From Antedon mediterranea (Eukaryota > Animalia > Echinodermata), in NCBI RefSeq assembly GCF_964355755.1, contig NC_092675.1, positions 14,914,912-14,978,911 of the forward strand: a stretch of DNA of 64,000 nt, read 5' to 3'. The position numbers were made by a program, and so were the translations under genes. The notes under the pieces were generated by a model. That model was not told where the DNA came from. It ran no database searches and saw nothing but the letters and a program-made list of their open reading frames with translations. Numbering within the stretch: the stretch's first letter is position 1; the number at the start of each line of letters is the position of its first letter. Shown one piece after another: positions 40,096 to 54,000 of this stretch.

Positions 40096-40229
40096 GCATC
40101 ATGAGTTTACTGTCTAACATAAATAAAAACAATGATTTGGGACATCCACTTTGTGAAAATCTCCGCCAAGGTGATTGGATGGCTGGCTACACAGCAGACC
40201 GACTAAAAAGCCATTCTTCAACCAAACAG
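40096..40229 (+). CDS. AGL: AGL exon 12 in window
   Basis: GIMSLLSNINKNNDLGHPLCENLRQGDWMAGYTADRL; AG/GT boundaries; not in the ORF track. Confidence 0.96.
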
Positions 40230-40700
40230 GTATGATGTTGCTTAAGAGTAGTTTCTGGTCTTTTGTAGCTTATATTACATATAGCCAGCTGTGTAAATGA
40301 TATACAAATAATGAAAATTTATGAGTGTAATGGTACAAATAATGGCATGAGGTAAATGATGAAAGGTTATATTTCTGCGAGGCGAAGCCATGTTGAAATT
40401 TAACCTTCATCATTCACCAAATGCCATTATTTGAACAATTATACAAATACAAAACATTCATTATTTGTTTTAAATAACATCAAAATAAATTCCTATCATT
40501 TGAATCAGATTGAATAAAATGTATGCCTACATTTGATTTACATTCATTGAAACAGTAACATATGGTTTTTAATAATATATTAAATATTATATATATTTGG
40601 ATTTTATAAACACACCTACTGTAGTGTTAATTATGTCAACAAACATCCAAACCTATAGCAAGGCTAAATTTTTAAATATATAAACTTTTATTTCGCAAAT

Positions 40701-43700
40701 TAGACTGTGGGCCAAGGCCTTCGTTTGTGTAGTTTCGTAGTCCATACCAAAAGGCAAGAAAAGAAGGCATTTAATATTATGATAAAAATATGTAGAATTT
40801 AAATAAAAAATGTTCCACCAATAAAAGTTGCACGTTTTTTAGATATTAATTAAAAATCGATATCGGTTATTACTGCGAGTTTGACTGAAAGAGCCTGAAA
40901 CTACGTCATTTTAAACCAATTGCCTTGCGGTTTGTGTGTGACGTATACGAAAATCGGCTGGATTTGATGTTTACTCAGGTAAATTTTTAATATTTAAATT
41001 GTTTGAAGTGTAAGTAAGGATGATTAATGAATTATCCCTATACTATTACTAAAAGCTAGGCCTTACCTAGGCCTTCCTAGCTAGGCCAATACTAGCCTAC
41101 TACCAGGGCTCTACTACTACTACTAACGGTCCACCCTACTTACTAGGCTGGTTAATTAGTGGTGGTAGAGGTACGTCTGTAGTTAGGGAGGGGCCTATTT
41201 AGCCTATGCCTTCAGATTGTTCGTACTAATTATGTCAATTATTACAACCAATTACTTCCTATAGTATTTTATATTTATTTAAATGGTGTTGTCATGAGTT
41301 ACCTAGCCCTAGCTAGCCAGGTTACATTCATTGATAATTGTAAGCCTTATTATTAATTGACTGATATTTTATTATTATTGCCAATTGGGTAAACAGACGT
41401 CTGTGGGAAACTACGATTGGGCCCTGTATTATCGTAGGAACATTATACTTTAACATTACAATACTCTAAACAGAAATAGTTATTATAATAAATAAACGAT
41501 ATATTTATAATACTTTATTATAATACAGTATATTATAGGCCTATGCTTTAAAATACCGTCATTATAAATAATATTTAATGTACCGTACTAGGCCTACCTA
41601 GCTAGGGCCTATTTATGTTTTTTTTTCTAATCTCACTAAATAAAGAGAATACTAATGGTGGAGTAAATAATTTATAGCCTACAGTACTACTACCTCTAGG
41701 CCTAGGCTAGGTCTACCTTTATTATTATTTAATATTTTCAAATTAAACATGACTATGTCATATTTTATTTAGAAGCATGGATACCAAACAATGTTTCATG
41801 CACTGCATGAATGAACCAGACTCTAGCTTGAAACCATTTACTGTAATCACATGGAACCGTTTCCTTGAGTATGTGATTAAATGGAAAGACTGTAATAACA
41901 CAGAACAGGGTAAAATCTCCAACTCATTTTTGGAATCTACTGAATCTGATATTGATACAATTTCCCAACTGCCGATACCTGATAAGGGAGGAGGATATCA
42001 TCGTAGATGTTATCAGCGATTTACTGATACCTACAGACTTCAGAAGGCCAAGAAAAAAATAAAGAATACCAAATCAGACACGGAAGACCATGGTAAGACT
42101 AATCTTCCTTTTTTTCACTGTCTACTAATTTAATTTGTTTAACAACTCAAATTTACAGAATGACTTATTGACTTAATCACCTGTCGCTTCTTTGTTTTCA
42201 TATCTTTATAGGATTTAATCCCCAGCCATATTGCAAGATAAAATACTGTTGAGTAAAAATTGTTATGTTTTTTTTAAAGGCAATGTTGATGAAGTTCCAC
42301 TGAAAAAAACGCGTCGTTGTCTGAGATCAAAGGTGTCTAGTAGTGATAGTAAACCTGCTAGAAGTAAACATGTCCTTCCTGCTGTATGCATTATTTGCAA
42401 AAAACTGCGATATGGAAGAGTGGACCGATTTAAAGGGAGTAGGACCATGGAGAAATTGATAATGTGTGAACACATTAATGGTGGTACCCTTCTTGAAGCA
42501 GCGGAATTAAAACAAGATGAACGTTTGCTTCAACAAATTAAAGACCAAGATTGCGTTGCAATTGAATTAAGGTATCACCGTTCATGCCATAAGGAATACA
42601 CACAAGTTCTTTATCGGAAACCTCAAGCCAGTGATGCTGATATGTCAATTTATTCAAAGTCGTTTGAATTTTTTTGCACAGAAATTGTGTATAAAGACCT
42701 TATTCAAAAGAAAAACATCGTCAGGTTGAATAAGTTGAAAGAATTGTTTGTTCAAATTGTACGTGAGCAAGAAAATGTTGATGCCAGTGCATATAAAACT
42801 TGGAATTTAAAACGCCAACTTCAAAAAAGATATCCCCAGCTTTTGTTTCTTAAGCCAAAAAGAAATAATGAAAGCGAGTTTGTTTATGTAGATGAGGTCA
42901 ATGCTGGGATGTTAATTGTCGATATGGATATTGATTCCAGTACTGATACAACTGATTCAGAAAGCATGCCTGGAAGTTCTAATGTTATTAGACCCACATA
43001 TCATCAGACAACATTAAAAGATATGTTTACATGTGCTCTCTCGATAAACATGGAAATTCATGAACTGTCCTCAAAGGAACATTTACCATGGCCACCGAAG
43101 CCAACAGGTATCAATTTAGAAACAGCACAAAAAATGATACCTGTGAAGTTGTTTAACATCCTTGCATGGATAACAGGTGTATCTTCTGATCCAAATGAAA
43201 CAGAATATGTAAAAGTATCTGATCATCATCATCGACGATTGCTCTCTATTGCACAAGATTATACTTGGAATCAAGAGGCAGAAAAATTACGCCAAAGCAT
43301 ACTTCCATTTCAATGGCATTACGCCATTTGAGTGGATCGTCTCAACTCATTGGCTTGATGAATGGCTTTGGCTATTGCACTTCTCACTCATCCGTTCTTC
43401 AACATGACACAGCGTTAGCTACTTTGCAGCTCAAACAAGGGGATTCACTTCCGTCATGCCTCACAAAACAAATTCCAACAACCCTTGTGTGGGATAATAA
43501 TGACTTCGGAGAAGAAACTTTGTCTGGGAAAGGATCAACCCATAACACCAATGGCATTGCCATACAGCACTGGTCTAAAGAAGAGCCAAATGCATCTGTT
43601 GCACCTTCACCAAAGATGAAAAAAAGTAGAAAGCGTTCATTACCAGCACCACAGCATATTATTCACCCATTTTTTGGCAATAAAAAATCCACACCAGGAA

Positions 43701-44322
43701 TATATACAAGATTAGAATTACAGTAATATTTGTAATTTAATATTGTTGCCCTTTATTGTTGTATTTAACTACTAAATGTTTTAATTGTGAATATTTAAAA
43801 ATGAACTACAAATTCTCAAAATTTCCATAAGATGTGACTCTTTTATTCAAACACACTAGAAGTTGATAGTGAAAATACAAAATGTTAAGCAATATATGTG
43901 CATGTTATTTATAATTGTAGGCCTACACTTTGAGCCTATTACAAATTGAAACTTGTTGTTGTTCGTAAAACAATTCTATTATTATTCTACATTGAAAAAA
44001 AAAATCCCTTTTGACATTTGAATGACCTTTACCCCCTTATAGAGTGACTTATTGTAGTAGAGCATATCATGTTATTATTCTGTACATTGTAAGCTTTAAT
44101 TTGATACCAATCAAGATGAGTTTGTATAAAGTTGATAATTTGATCTCTTTTGACCTTTAAATGACCCCTGACCCTTAACGTGCAACTTTTTTTGGTGGAA
44201 CTTTTTAGTTTTCGGAATTTGGTAATATAGTGAACATGTTCATGTAAAAATTTTGTTGCCTTCAGGTGTGGACTGCGGAACTAAAAAACTAAAGGCCTTT
44301 TTGAGCCTTGGCCCACAGTCTA
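40701..44322 (+). mobile_element. Second Academ transposon (different family), 3' part of gene deleted
   Basis: TAGACTGTGGGCCAAGGC / GCCTTGGCCCACAGTCTA termini with imperfect TIR to ~135 bp; 3-bp TSD AAT (40698-40700, 44323-44325). Confidence 0.88.
41777..43726 (+). pseudogene. N-terminal half of an Academ transposase (intron 42093-42279; frameshift near 43260; truncated near 43700)
   Basis: YHRRCY, CIICKK, DCVAIELRYHRSC, WPP, SIAQD, TPKH, WDNNDFGEETLSGKGSTH are Academ-type motifs. Confidence 0.82.
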
Positions 44323-44436
44323 AATTTTATAAATATAATAAACTTTATGTCAGCAATTTACAAGCCATATAAAATACAAAAAAGAAAATAAAAGCACAAA
44401 AAATCATCATAAATCATTTAAAAAGACAAGTAAATA

Positions 44437-46747
44437 ACTAGATTTGAACTCGTCACTATGGATGAGTTAGGTTATCTGCCGCGCAAACGCCATGTGCACT
44501 TCATACATAGAAAAACGATTATGCCATTGTGACCTGGAAAAACAAAAATGTTAGTGTGCCCTATTTTGTGTCACATCTAAGTATACAGTATACATTATAT
44601 ACTGTATAATACATACAGTGCAGAATAGGTGAAAATAACAGGACCCGCCTTTTTATCCAATTTTAACATGATGATGTAATCAAAATGAAACACGTAGATA
44701 TCAATTTTGGAAGGGAATTATCTGTGCAACAACATTTTAACGTGTTGAAGAAATTTGGATACGTAGAATATGGATGCGCGCTCTTTTAAATGTCATGAAC
44801 TATGATTTAAAATACGACTTTTATAATTCAACTGGCCATATGATGACATCACAACATCCGATGCGCAAAATTTGTATATGAATTCGTACCTACAATTCAA
44901 CAGCTTCCAGAAAACGTTTTAATCATGAGTATCACTTTTTATTCTGAGGAGCTATAACATATTGAAATTTACTGTAATGATGAAAAAGGTGACCCAAGTG
45001 TTTCACGCTTTTGATCATGATGATGTCATCATTGATTGACCTACAGTAGACAGCATCAAAATATGGGGAGAAATGGAATACAGATAAGTGGATATGCGCT
45101 CTATTAAATGTGATAAGCTATGACGTAAGAGACAAAAATCCTATATTTTATATTCGAGTGGCCATACGATGACGTCATAATATCTGGTTAGCCATATCAT
45201 TCACTATAATATCTCTATGGCCATATTGCATGATCCGATATCTACAACTTATCTACTCCAGAATATGTAATAAAAATAACACTTCACCATAGTTTAGAAA
45301 CTATGACTGTTTAAAAAAAGATATTTTGAAATTTTTCATCAAAAACGCGCATTAGGCATTTCTCTCCCTTAGCAGAATCAGTCCATTTCACCCGGGTTTT
45401 TGAAAAAATCCGGGTAATAAATCTTGGTCTGTTTTAAACAATTTACCAGTTCTGATTGTTTATCTTGTCACACATGGGAGGCCACTACAGTAATTGCTGA
45501 AAACCATGTAGGAATTTTCATGAGCTGTCCAGGTGACCTTGTTGTAAATGACCTAATAGTACCCTTGGGTTGTATTTGATGGGCAGTTAATATAATCAAA
45601 TTACAATTGTGTGTTTTATGGGCTGACACTCTTGACAGGCCTGTGGACCATTTCTGCTAAGGGACAGTTTTGCCTCATGCGTGCGAATTGTCCAATTCGA
45701 AGTGCTCGTATGACATGATTTTAAGTCAATATTGGTAAAAAATTTGTAAAATTACTATAAAAGGCTGGAAAAAAAAGATGTTTTTTGCGCACCCTGCGCG
45801 TAAATATTTGCGCACGCGTGGGAATTTTTGACATGCTTAAAATGACATGAAACGCATGGAAAGTTGATTAGAACTTGATTTTCCTCACTATAAAATGTTT
45901 AATGCACGTGCGCACTTAATTTTTTTTAAACATGCATTTTTTTTTTTCACAGAAAGTTAGCGCATAATATAAATTACACTTTTGCCAAGTTTCAATTTAA
46001 ATTGTTTTATGGTTTTCGATCTATGTTAAATACGTGAAATTCATAAAATCGCACGCAACATACGCTGTGCGACTCCAAAGTCATATAACAAAGTTTCTTT
46101 CACATCTACAGCTACAGGTCAATCTTATGACAAAGTTACACAATCTTTTGTTGACCAGAATTAGCGATACACTGCCAACAAAATTCGTGGAAAGAAAGAA
46201 GAATAACATAGAAAAACTAGATTTTAACTGATCACTTTGACGAGTTTGGGTTATCCGCGCAAACGCAACATGCACGTACGGTAAAATATATGAACGCCAA
46301 AAATTATTCTGCCATCCTATGACATGTTTACAGTGCTGAATTGTATCTATTTTGTGTCATACAGCATATTACAGTATTTACAGAATACACTATATTTAGA
46401 CAGTGTAGCATAGACGAAATTACGAGACCCATCTTTTAAATCCAATTATTAAAACAATGATGTCATCAAATTGACATATAAAGAAACTATTTTAGAAGAT
46501 AATTATCTAAATAATTACATTAATAAAATTTGAAGAATTTTGGCACTTAAAATGAGATGCGCTCTCTTTTAAACGTGATGAACTTTTACGAAAGAGATAA
46601 AATGTGACTTTTTGAATTCAACTGGCCATATGATGACGTCCTGACATCAGATTTGTATATGAATTAATATCTACAATTCAACAGCTTCCATAATAAGTTT
46701 TAATCACATAGGTCACTTTTCATTCCAAAGAGATAACCATGCTATAA
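44437..46747 (+). repeat. Unclassified dispersed repeat family (two heads AACTAGATT...GGTTATC(C/T)GC near 44437 and 46214); inverted copies at ~10299-10920 and ~12330-12900
   Basis: 44871-45000 is reverse-complementary to ~10560-10690; 45780-45900 to ~12760-12880. Confidence 0.75.
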
Positions 46748-47280
46748 AGGCCGGTGCACACCGAACGCGAAGCAGCGAATTTCGCGTTAAAAAGTGACGC
46801 ACGCGGCAGGCGACGGACGCTTCCAGTGTGAACATACAAGCGAACAGTGTACGATAGTCGAATTTCAACTTCAACGCGTTGAAAACGACAGCAGCGAAGG
46901 CTTCGCATGCGAATTTTCAAAAGTTGAACCTTGGTCATTTTTTTTAGGCGTCGCGAGCGCGGTTCGCGTTCGTCAACCAATCAGAAGTCAGGAACATCTC
47001 TTATCGACGAGAGACACCGACGGCAAAAAAATGGTGGCTGAATGACGAGCGAGGTCTTTATGGAAATACTTTGTCATTACCCTTCTTGTCTTTACGATAA
47101 GGGAAGTAAGTCATACACAGACAGAAACATAAGGATTAATGCATGAAGACAATAATTTCAGACAAACATCTGTGTAGAAGAATGCCAAAAAAACTAGGCC
47201 TAAAACGTGTCAGAGATCAATTTGTAAAGTGAGTTGGCAAGCCTTCTATTTCTAGCCTACCTAGGTTTAGGCCATACTAG

Positions 47281-49516
47281 GAATACAGGTCAACCCGTAC
47301 CCATGCCAACTCGTACCCACCACTCGTACCCAAATTTTGGCTTACTCGTACCCAAAATTTTGGCTCACCCGTACCCATCATTGGCTAACCCGTACCCATC
47401 ATTGGCTGGCCCGTACCCAAATTTAATTTAATGCTATTTAAAGTATATTTATATAGGCCTATTACAGTTAAACCCAGTTTTATTACATTTTTAGATCATA
47501 TGTTCGATATTATAATGGCAAAAACTATTTACCTAAGTATAATTTATGTACAGACTCGTACGAAAAAAGCACAGCTTTCATCGTATTTGGGTCGTAGTTA
47601 AATTAATACTTGAGGGCGTTGTTTTACATGGAAGATGTCAGCGGTCGGCTGTGCTGCATTCTATTTTTTTTTTCATTTATGAATAGTTGTTGATCTATTA
47701 TTTACTACGAATAGCCTGTACACACTTTTAATTTTATTTTACAGATAATGAAGTAATGTGCTTTTTGAAAATCGTTTTAAAAATGGTTTTTGTTGTTTTG
47801 TTTTGCAAGTTTTGTTTTAACATTTCGAAAACATTTTTAAGTAGTCACTCGTATTTTTAAAATCACGAAACTATTTAAGGGGATACCAGGACCATTTTAG
47901 AATAATGAATCTAAGTAGATTATTGCCGTTTTTAAAACAAATTCCCTAGGACATGATGGATGTGAGAGTAATAATAAAAAGGTAACCTCCAATAATTTAA
48001 CATTTAATTACTAACTACGACATTTGCTGTTATTACGTTTTCATTTTATAATGATTATTACTGTATTATTATGACTAAAAACCGAAATAAAATACTACTA
48101 AAACTAAAAAAAAATCATCTTATCGCTGACAGATATGTATGTACAGACACGTGTAGGTAGGCCTTCAGAACGTTTATATTATTTTAGTAAATAAGACGAC
48201 ATCTGTTGCCATGGAAAAACGAGTGTGGGTCATTTATTTGTAGAATATTATAGAATGCATATTTTTTTTTAAAAGGGAATCCCTCGTCAGCAAAAACATG
48301 TAGCTGTTTAATTGAGCAAACATCTACCAAAAATGTTTAATTGCTGTAAACAAACAGATAATTTTACTGAATTATTTAAGAAAAAAAAAAAATAGAAAAC
48401 GATCGTACGCCACACTGCGTTGTCTATTTTTTTTACATACTGTAGCTGTTATAGAAGAAAATCTGCCAAAAATGTTTAATTGCCTTAAAGTACGTGTATA
48501 TGATCATTTCACTGAATTATTAATAAATAAAATATATGGAAAACGGTCATATACGTCATTAATGAGTCATCTCTTTGACGCCCTATAAATGCGTGTTTTT
48601 TTATAATAAAAGGTTAATCCTGGTCAGCAAAAACACGTAACACGAAATCTACGCCCATAGCCCTGCAGACTTTACAGTACGTGTACATGATCATTTCACT
48701 GAATTATTAATAAATAAAATATGGAAAACGATCATACGTCATTTTTTTTTATAATAAAAGGTTAATCCCGGTCAGCAAAAACACGTAACACGAAATCTAC
48801 GAGTAATTCGACTCCATAGCCCTGTGGGCTTTTTGATTAAAACAGGGCGTCGTTAATTCAACCAATTTTAAATATACCAATACAATAGAAACAATAATTA
48901 CTTGATCGAATCATGGAGGTATACCTCCATGATCGAATGTAATCAGGGAAGATAAGGTGATAAGAATGAAAATTGATAAGTATAAAAATGATACGTTGTT
49001 GGTACTTTACCTGGGCTTAATTGAATTGTAATACTATACAACAGTAAAAATATTTTTTTATTAATTAATGTTCTTACGTAAATAAATAAAAAGACACATC
49101 AAACATACGTTTATAAAACTATAATACTACATTTAAATAAATCTTAACAAATATATGCCTAATTAAACGAAGTTTACAATCAAATCAATGGTCATTTTTA
49201 TTAGCACACATTTCACCGAGACCTGTAAAATAAAAAAAACAATTTAAATATAAAAATATTCATACGTCAAAAGCATACCACTAGTTTTGCGCCGATCAAA
49301 TCATTACAAGTAGGCCTAATTATTCAAATTGGGTACGAGTAGTCCAAATAATGGGTACGAGTAAGCCAAATAATGGGTACGAGTAAGCCAAATAATGGGT
49401 ACGAGTAAGCCAAATAATGGGTACGAGTAAGCCAAATACTTGGGTACGAGTAAGCCAAATATTTAGGTACGAGTTGGCATGGGTACGGGTTGGTTTGGGT
49501 AAGGGTTGACCAGCAC
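47281..49516. mobile_element. Foldback MITE with ~22-bp tandem arms (CTCGTACCC / GGGTACGAG)
   Basis: GGTCAACCC..(CTCGTACCCAAA..TTGGCT)n on the left; (GGGTACGAGTAAGCCAAATAAT)n..GGGTTGACC on the right; possible 4-bp TSD CTAG. Confidence 0.8.
48912..48931. mobile_element. 20-bp palindromic transposon remnant CATGGAGGTATACCTCCATG with 7-bp TSD
   Basis: Perfect palindrome; ATCGAAT at 48905-48911 and 48932-48938. Confidence 0.7.
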
Positions 49517-51099
49517 CTAGGCCTACCTAGCCTAGGCTACATATACCCTAGTAGGCTAGGTCATGCCAAGTAGTACTTATAGGCCTAATACTTAATACTA
49601 ATCCCTACTAGTCTACTATGGGCTAGGCCAGGCCTAGCCTAGGTTAAGCCTACTACTAAATATGAGTACAGTACTAGGTTAGGCTAGGTCTAGCCTACTT
49701 ATTATTATTATTAAAATTTATAGGCCTAATATTTAGTTGATTTAGTGTTGTAAGGCTAGGATAGGCCTAGTAGTAATATTAATACATAAATACTGTTGTT
49801 TTTGTTTCTTTTAGGTCAATTAGATGAACCAGGGAGTTGAACTCCCTGGATGAACATTGATAAATGGGATCCTTCAGGCTATTACCAGCGTTACAAACTC
49901 CACCAATGACCAAGCTAGTAGTTTAAGCGGCCAGTATATTATTGCCATGGAATTAAGAGCAATTGCTCCTCAAAAACGTGGACTGGCAATTATGAGGCTG
50001 ATAGTGATACAGGTTTGTATAGACTTTTTTCAAATGGGTATGTCAATTGGTGACATACATTGGCCAGAAAAAATGATTTGAGCAATATGCCTTACTATAG
50101 CAATTTTTAAAAACTTGTTTCATTTTTTAGAAAATAGAAGAGATTAAGGAGGAGCTGGACTGTAACTAGTATTTATTAAGTGGTTATAGAAGGAAAGCTG
50201 AACTGAATGTCTTTTTTTAGCAATAGAGAACACATGGAAATATATGTATATGTTTTGTTATACTCCAATACTAAAAAAAAATAGTCAAATTGGCTGCCAG
50301 CTAATGGAATTTTTTTTCATTTTATAAGTGAAAACATTTTTTTGGGGTTTTTTTTCTATGTAAGTGATTAACTTTGTTAAAACTACAAAATGGCCTATTC
50401 AAATTTGATTTTAATCATCTTCATTTTTCATGATTCTATGGGACAATACATCTTTAAGTTTATTGTCATTTTTAGGCAAGATATATTGTCTTCCTGAAAA
50501 TATAAGTTAAAACATTTTCGTTGTGTGTAATACAGTATAACACTTTAGGGTTAGTTATTCACTTTTAACAATAATAATATTTCTTCAATTTTCATTTTTT
50601 TTGGGGTGATACATTTTAAATTTATTATTTTGATATTATTTTGCGAAAGTATTCAAGAGTAGTAAAAAAGAAAATCTGGTTGATATTTAATGATACCTTT
50701 AAAAACAATGATTCACTATTTCAATAAGTCATGTATTTATGTGAAAAAGTCAAAAGATAATATACAGTGTAATGATTAATTATTTAATGATACCTTTAAA
50801 AACAATGATTCTCTATTTAAATAAGTGTATTTATGTGAAAAAAAAGTCACAAGATAATATACAGTGTAAATATGAGTTAGGGATATTTATTACATTTAAT
50901 CAAATGAGAAAAAAACTGTATGTTTTGTCATAAATAATATAATATTTAATAATAATTAGAAAATGAATGTGAAAACTTACATTAATATATAGGCCTATAG
51001 TTTATATTTGAAAGTGACAAACCCATGAAGATTCCCAGTTCGTGTTTATATGAAATGTTTTATATGGTTATAATAACCTCTGTTGAAAGAACTTTAATA

Positions 51100-54000
51100 T
51101 TCAAGACGTCAAAGGGAGTGGACGTACTTGACTCGGCAGCGCTAATTTAGCGGCTCTCCGACCAGCATATACGTACATATGTGGTTTTTGTACTGTGTAT
51201 AACTTTTGTTTCATCGTTTTTTAACATTTCTGTTTCATTTCGATGTCGTTTTGAGGGTATTTTTGGTGTTGTTTGGTGTTTTTGGTGCTACAGTATTACT
51301 GTATGAAATGTTTAGCCGTACCAATCAGGCAGTGTTACGCAAACAAGTCTTGTATGCAAGGAATGCATTCAAGCTCAACACAGGTGCACCGCCGCATACC
51401 AAGTTCCCATTTGTTGAACAACGTAAGCGTTGGAGACGGAGGGGAGTTCGCGGTGGAACAAAAAGGCGAATACGTGTAATGACTTCTAATCGTTATACAT
51501 GGAACTGTAGGCCTATTACCGGTATCGAAAAGAGGACGCGGAACCTATACAACTTACGAACGTTACAAAAAGCATCCACCACTTATAGCGTAATAGATGA
51601 ACAGCGGAAAGGTAAGCCTAGTCAGTTTCCAATAGTTATGCTTACAAATCCATGGTCTATAATGAATAAGATTGATGAAATTTCTATGTATTTGGAAGAT
51701 AAACATATTGACATTGGCCTGTTTAGTGAATCATGGACTAATAAAGAAAACGAACACAAAATTAATATCGACGGATACTCTTGTTTTAGTAGTGGACGGA
51801 GTGATCGTATAGGGGGTGGCGTAGCTGCACTAATTAAGGATACTATCAAAGCTCGCACAATCAATCCTATTCCTATTCCAGATGTTCTGGAAGGTATGTG
51901 GATTAAAGTATCGCTACCAAAAACGCCACGGATCATGTCATCCTTACATTTGTGTATTATTTATTACAGCCCTGGACAACCAGTTAGTACACAAACAACA
52001 CTTCTTCGTTATTTAAGAGAATCCGTTGTCAGCATTAGAACATCATCACCGTCAGCGGCGATTCTCATTAGCGGTGATTTTAACGAAGCCCGCGCGAAAG
52101 TTAAACAATTTTGCTCGTCAACTGGTCTTCGACAAGTTGTCAAAACTTCAACTAGGGACAACAGTGGTAATATTCTGGACTTGCTTATAACTAACTTTTA
52201 TCAACATTACGAAGAACCGGTTGTTCATGCACCCTTTGGTCGTAGTGACCATAATTCGATTTTATGGAAACCAAAACCTGGATTCGTCTGCATTAAGGGC
52301 CGCAATGTTATTAAGTCTTTCCGGCCTTTTAGCGAATCTGCTTGCAATAGATTTGGTCAATGGATAACATCACAAGATTGGCATGAAATACTGGAAACCG
52401 ACGACCTTGATGAAAAAGTAAATATTTTCGAATCAACATTATGTCTGGCATACGAACGTTGTTTTCCAAAGCGCAGAATTAAAGTTCATTCAAATGACAA
52501 ACCATGGATCACACCAAAAATAAAAGGACTTTGTAAGGAGAGACAAATTAGCTTTCATAAATATGGAAAAATGTCCCGCCATTTCCGTACACTTAGAAAC
52601 CAAGTAATTTGGGAAATCAAACAAGCAAAGATTAAATACTACAAATACGAAGTTAACAATCTGCAAAACACTAACGCAAAGCAGTGGTTCCAAAAAGTTA
52701 ACCAAATATGCGGTACGAATAAAAAGAAATCGGTGTTGAATCTAGAAACTGAAGAAACCGATCCGCTTAAAATTTGCGAACTAATAAATAACTACCTAGC
52801 GAATATATGCCAGAAGATTGAACCCCTACAAACTAATAGTCTACCATCATACCTTCCTTGTGGCTATGCACCGACACTCAACTTCTGGCAGGTGTATCAT
52901 CAGCTTCAGAAAATAAACTGCAACAAATCAGTTGCCCCGGGTGATCTACCGCCTCGCGTCATCAAAGAATTCGCATTTGAAATTGCATCACCGTTAGTTG
53001 ACATCTACAACGCATCACTCTCGCAAGGCATAGTCCCGCGCAAGTGGAAAGAGGCGACCATAACCCCACTTCCTAAAGTGAAAGGACCGGTTAACTTAAA
53101 TCAAATCAGACCCATATCCATTACACCAATTTTTGTACGCATGCTAGAACACTTTGTCTCGTCATGGATAAAACCCAAGATCGCGCCTAAATTAGACGAA
53201 ATGCAATTTGGAAATCGCACAGGAGCGTCTACAAGTCACTATCTTACTAGCATGTTACACTATTTACTTCAAGGTCTTGATAAACCTGGACACGAAGCAA
53301 CGGTTATTGCAGTTGATTTTCGTAAAGCGTTTGACCTAATTGATCATACAATCGCTGTCAAGAAGTTAATTGATATTGGAGTTCAACCTGAATTGATGCC
53401 GTGGATTTGTGATTTTCTGAGCGAACGTAAACAGAGAGTGAAACTCAATGGCGGTTTTTCAAACTGGCAAGGAATAACTTGCGGAGTTCCTCAGGGGACG
53501 AAACTGGGTCCCTTAATTTTCCAAGTAATGGTTAACAATTCGCTTAGAGACTTCCCAAATCGGTGGAAGTATGTAGATGATTTGTCAATATGTGAAGTTC
53601 ACAACAAGAAAACCCCGCCTAATGTTCAAGATCAATTAAACGAACTATCACAATGGACCAAAGACAATAATATGATAATTAATATTGAAAAAACTAACTT
53701 TATGAACATTTCTTTTGCCAAATCTCAACCCATTGTTAAATCATTTACGATAAATAATATAAAAATAACCAATGTTGAATGCTTAAAGTTACTTGGGGTT
53801 CAGATCACTAATGATCTGAAATGGAATATGCATATCCACGATGTTGTTAATAGAGCCAGTAAGAGATTACATATGTTGACATGTTTAAAAAGATTTGGAA
53901 TGCCTTGTAACCATCTGCGTCAAATGTATATTAGCCACATAAGACCTGTAACTGAATATGCGTGTCCGGTATGGCACTCTGCCTTAACCATAGCACAATC

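Larger units (their letters stand above)
47042..50170 (+). pseudogene. Remnant MADF (Myb/SANT-like) gene of the Harbinger derivative; MADF exon ~47042-47228, C-terminal exon ~49815-50012
   Basis: FMEILCHYPSCLYDKGSKSYTDRNIRINA*...VEECQK..KRVRDQF resembles a MADF domain with stops; GQYIIAMELRAIAPQKRGLA resembles the BESS-like C-terminus. Confidence 0.65.

Noticed and set aside
40660-44360. ~37-bp similar sequence on both sides of the second Academ, suggesting a long TSD
   Set aside because: Imperfect and AT-rich; the exact 3-bp AAT TSD fits Academ, so this is probably an older host tandem repeat.
51206-51307. Hydrophobic signal or transmembrane N-terminus on the LINE protein
   Set aside because: The track start is a TTG in T-rich 5' UTR; the first in-frame ATG is at 51308.
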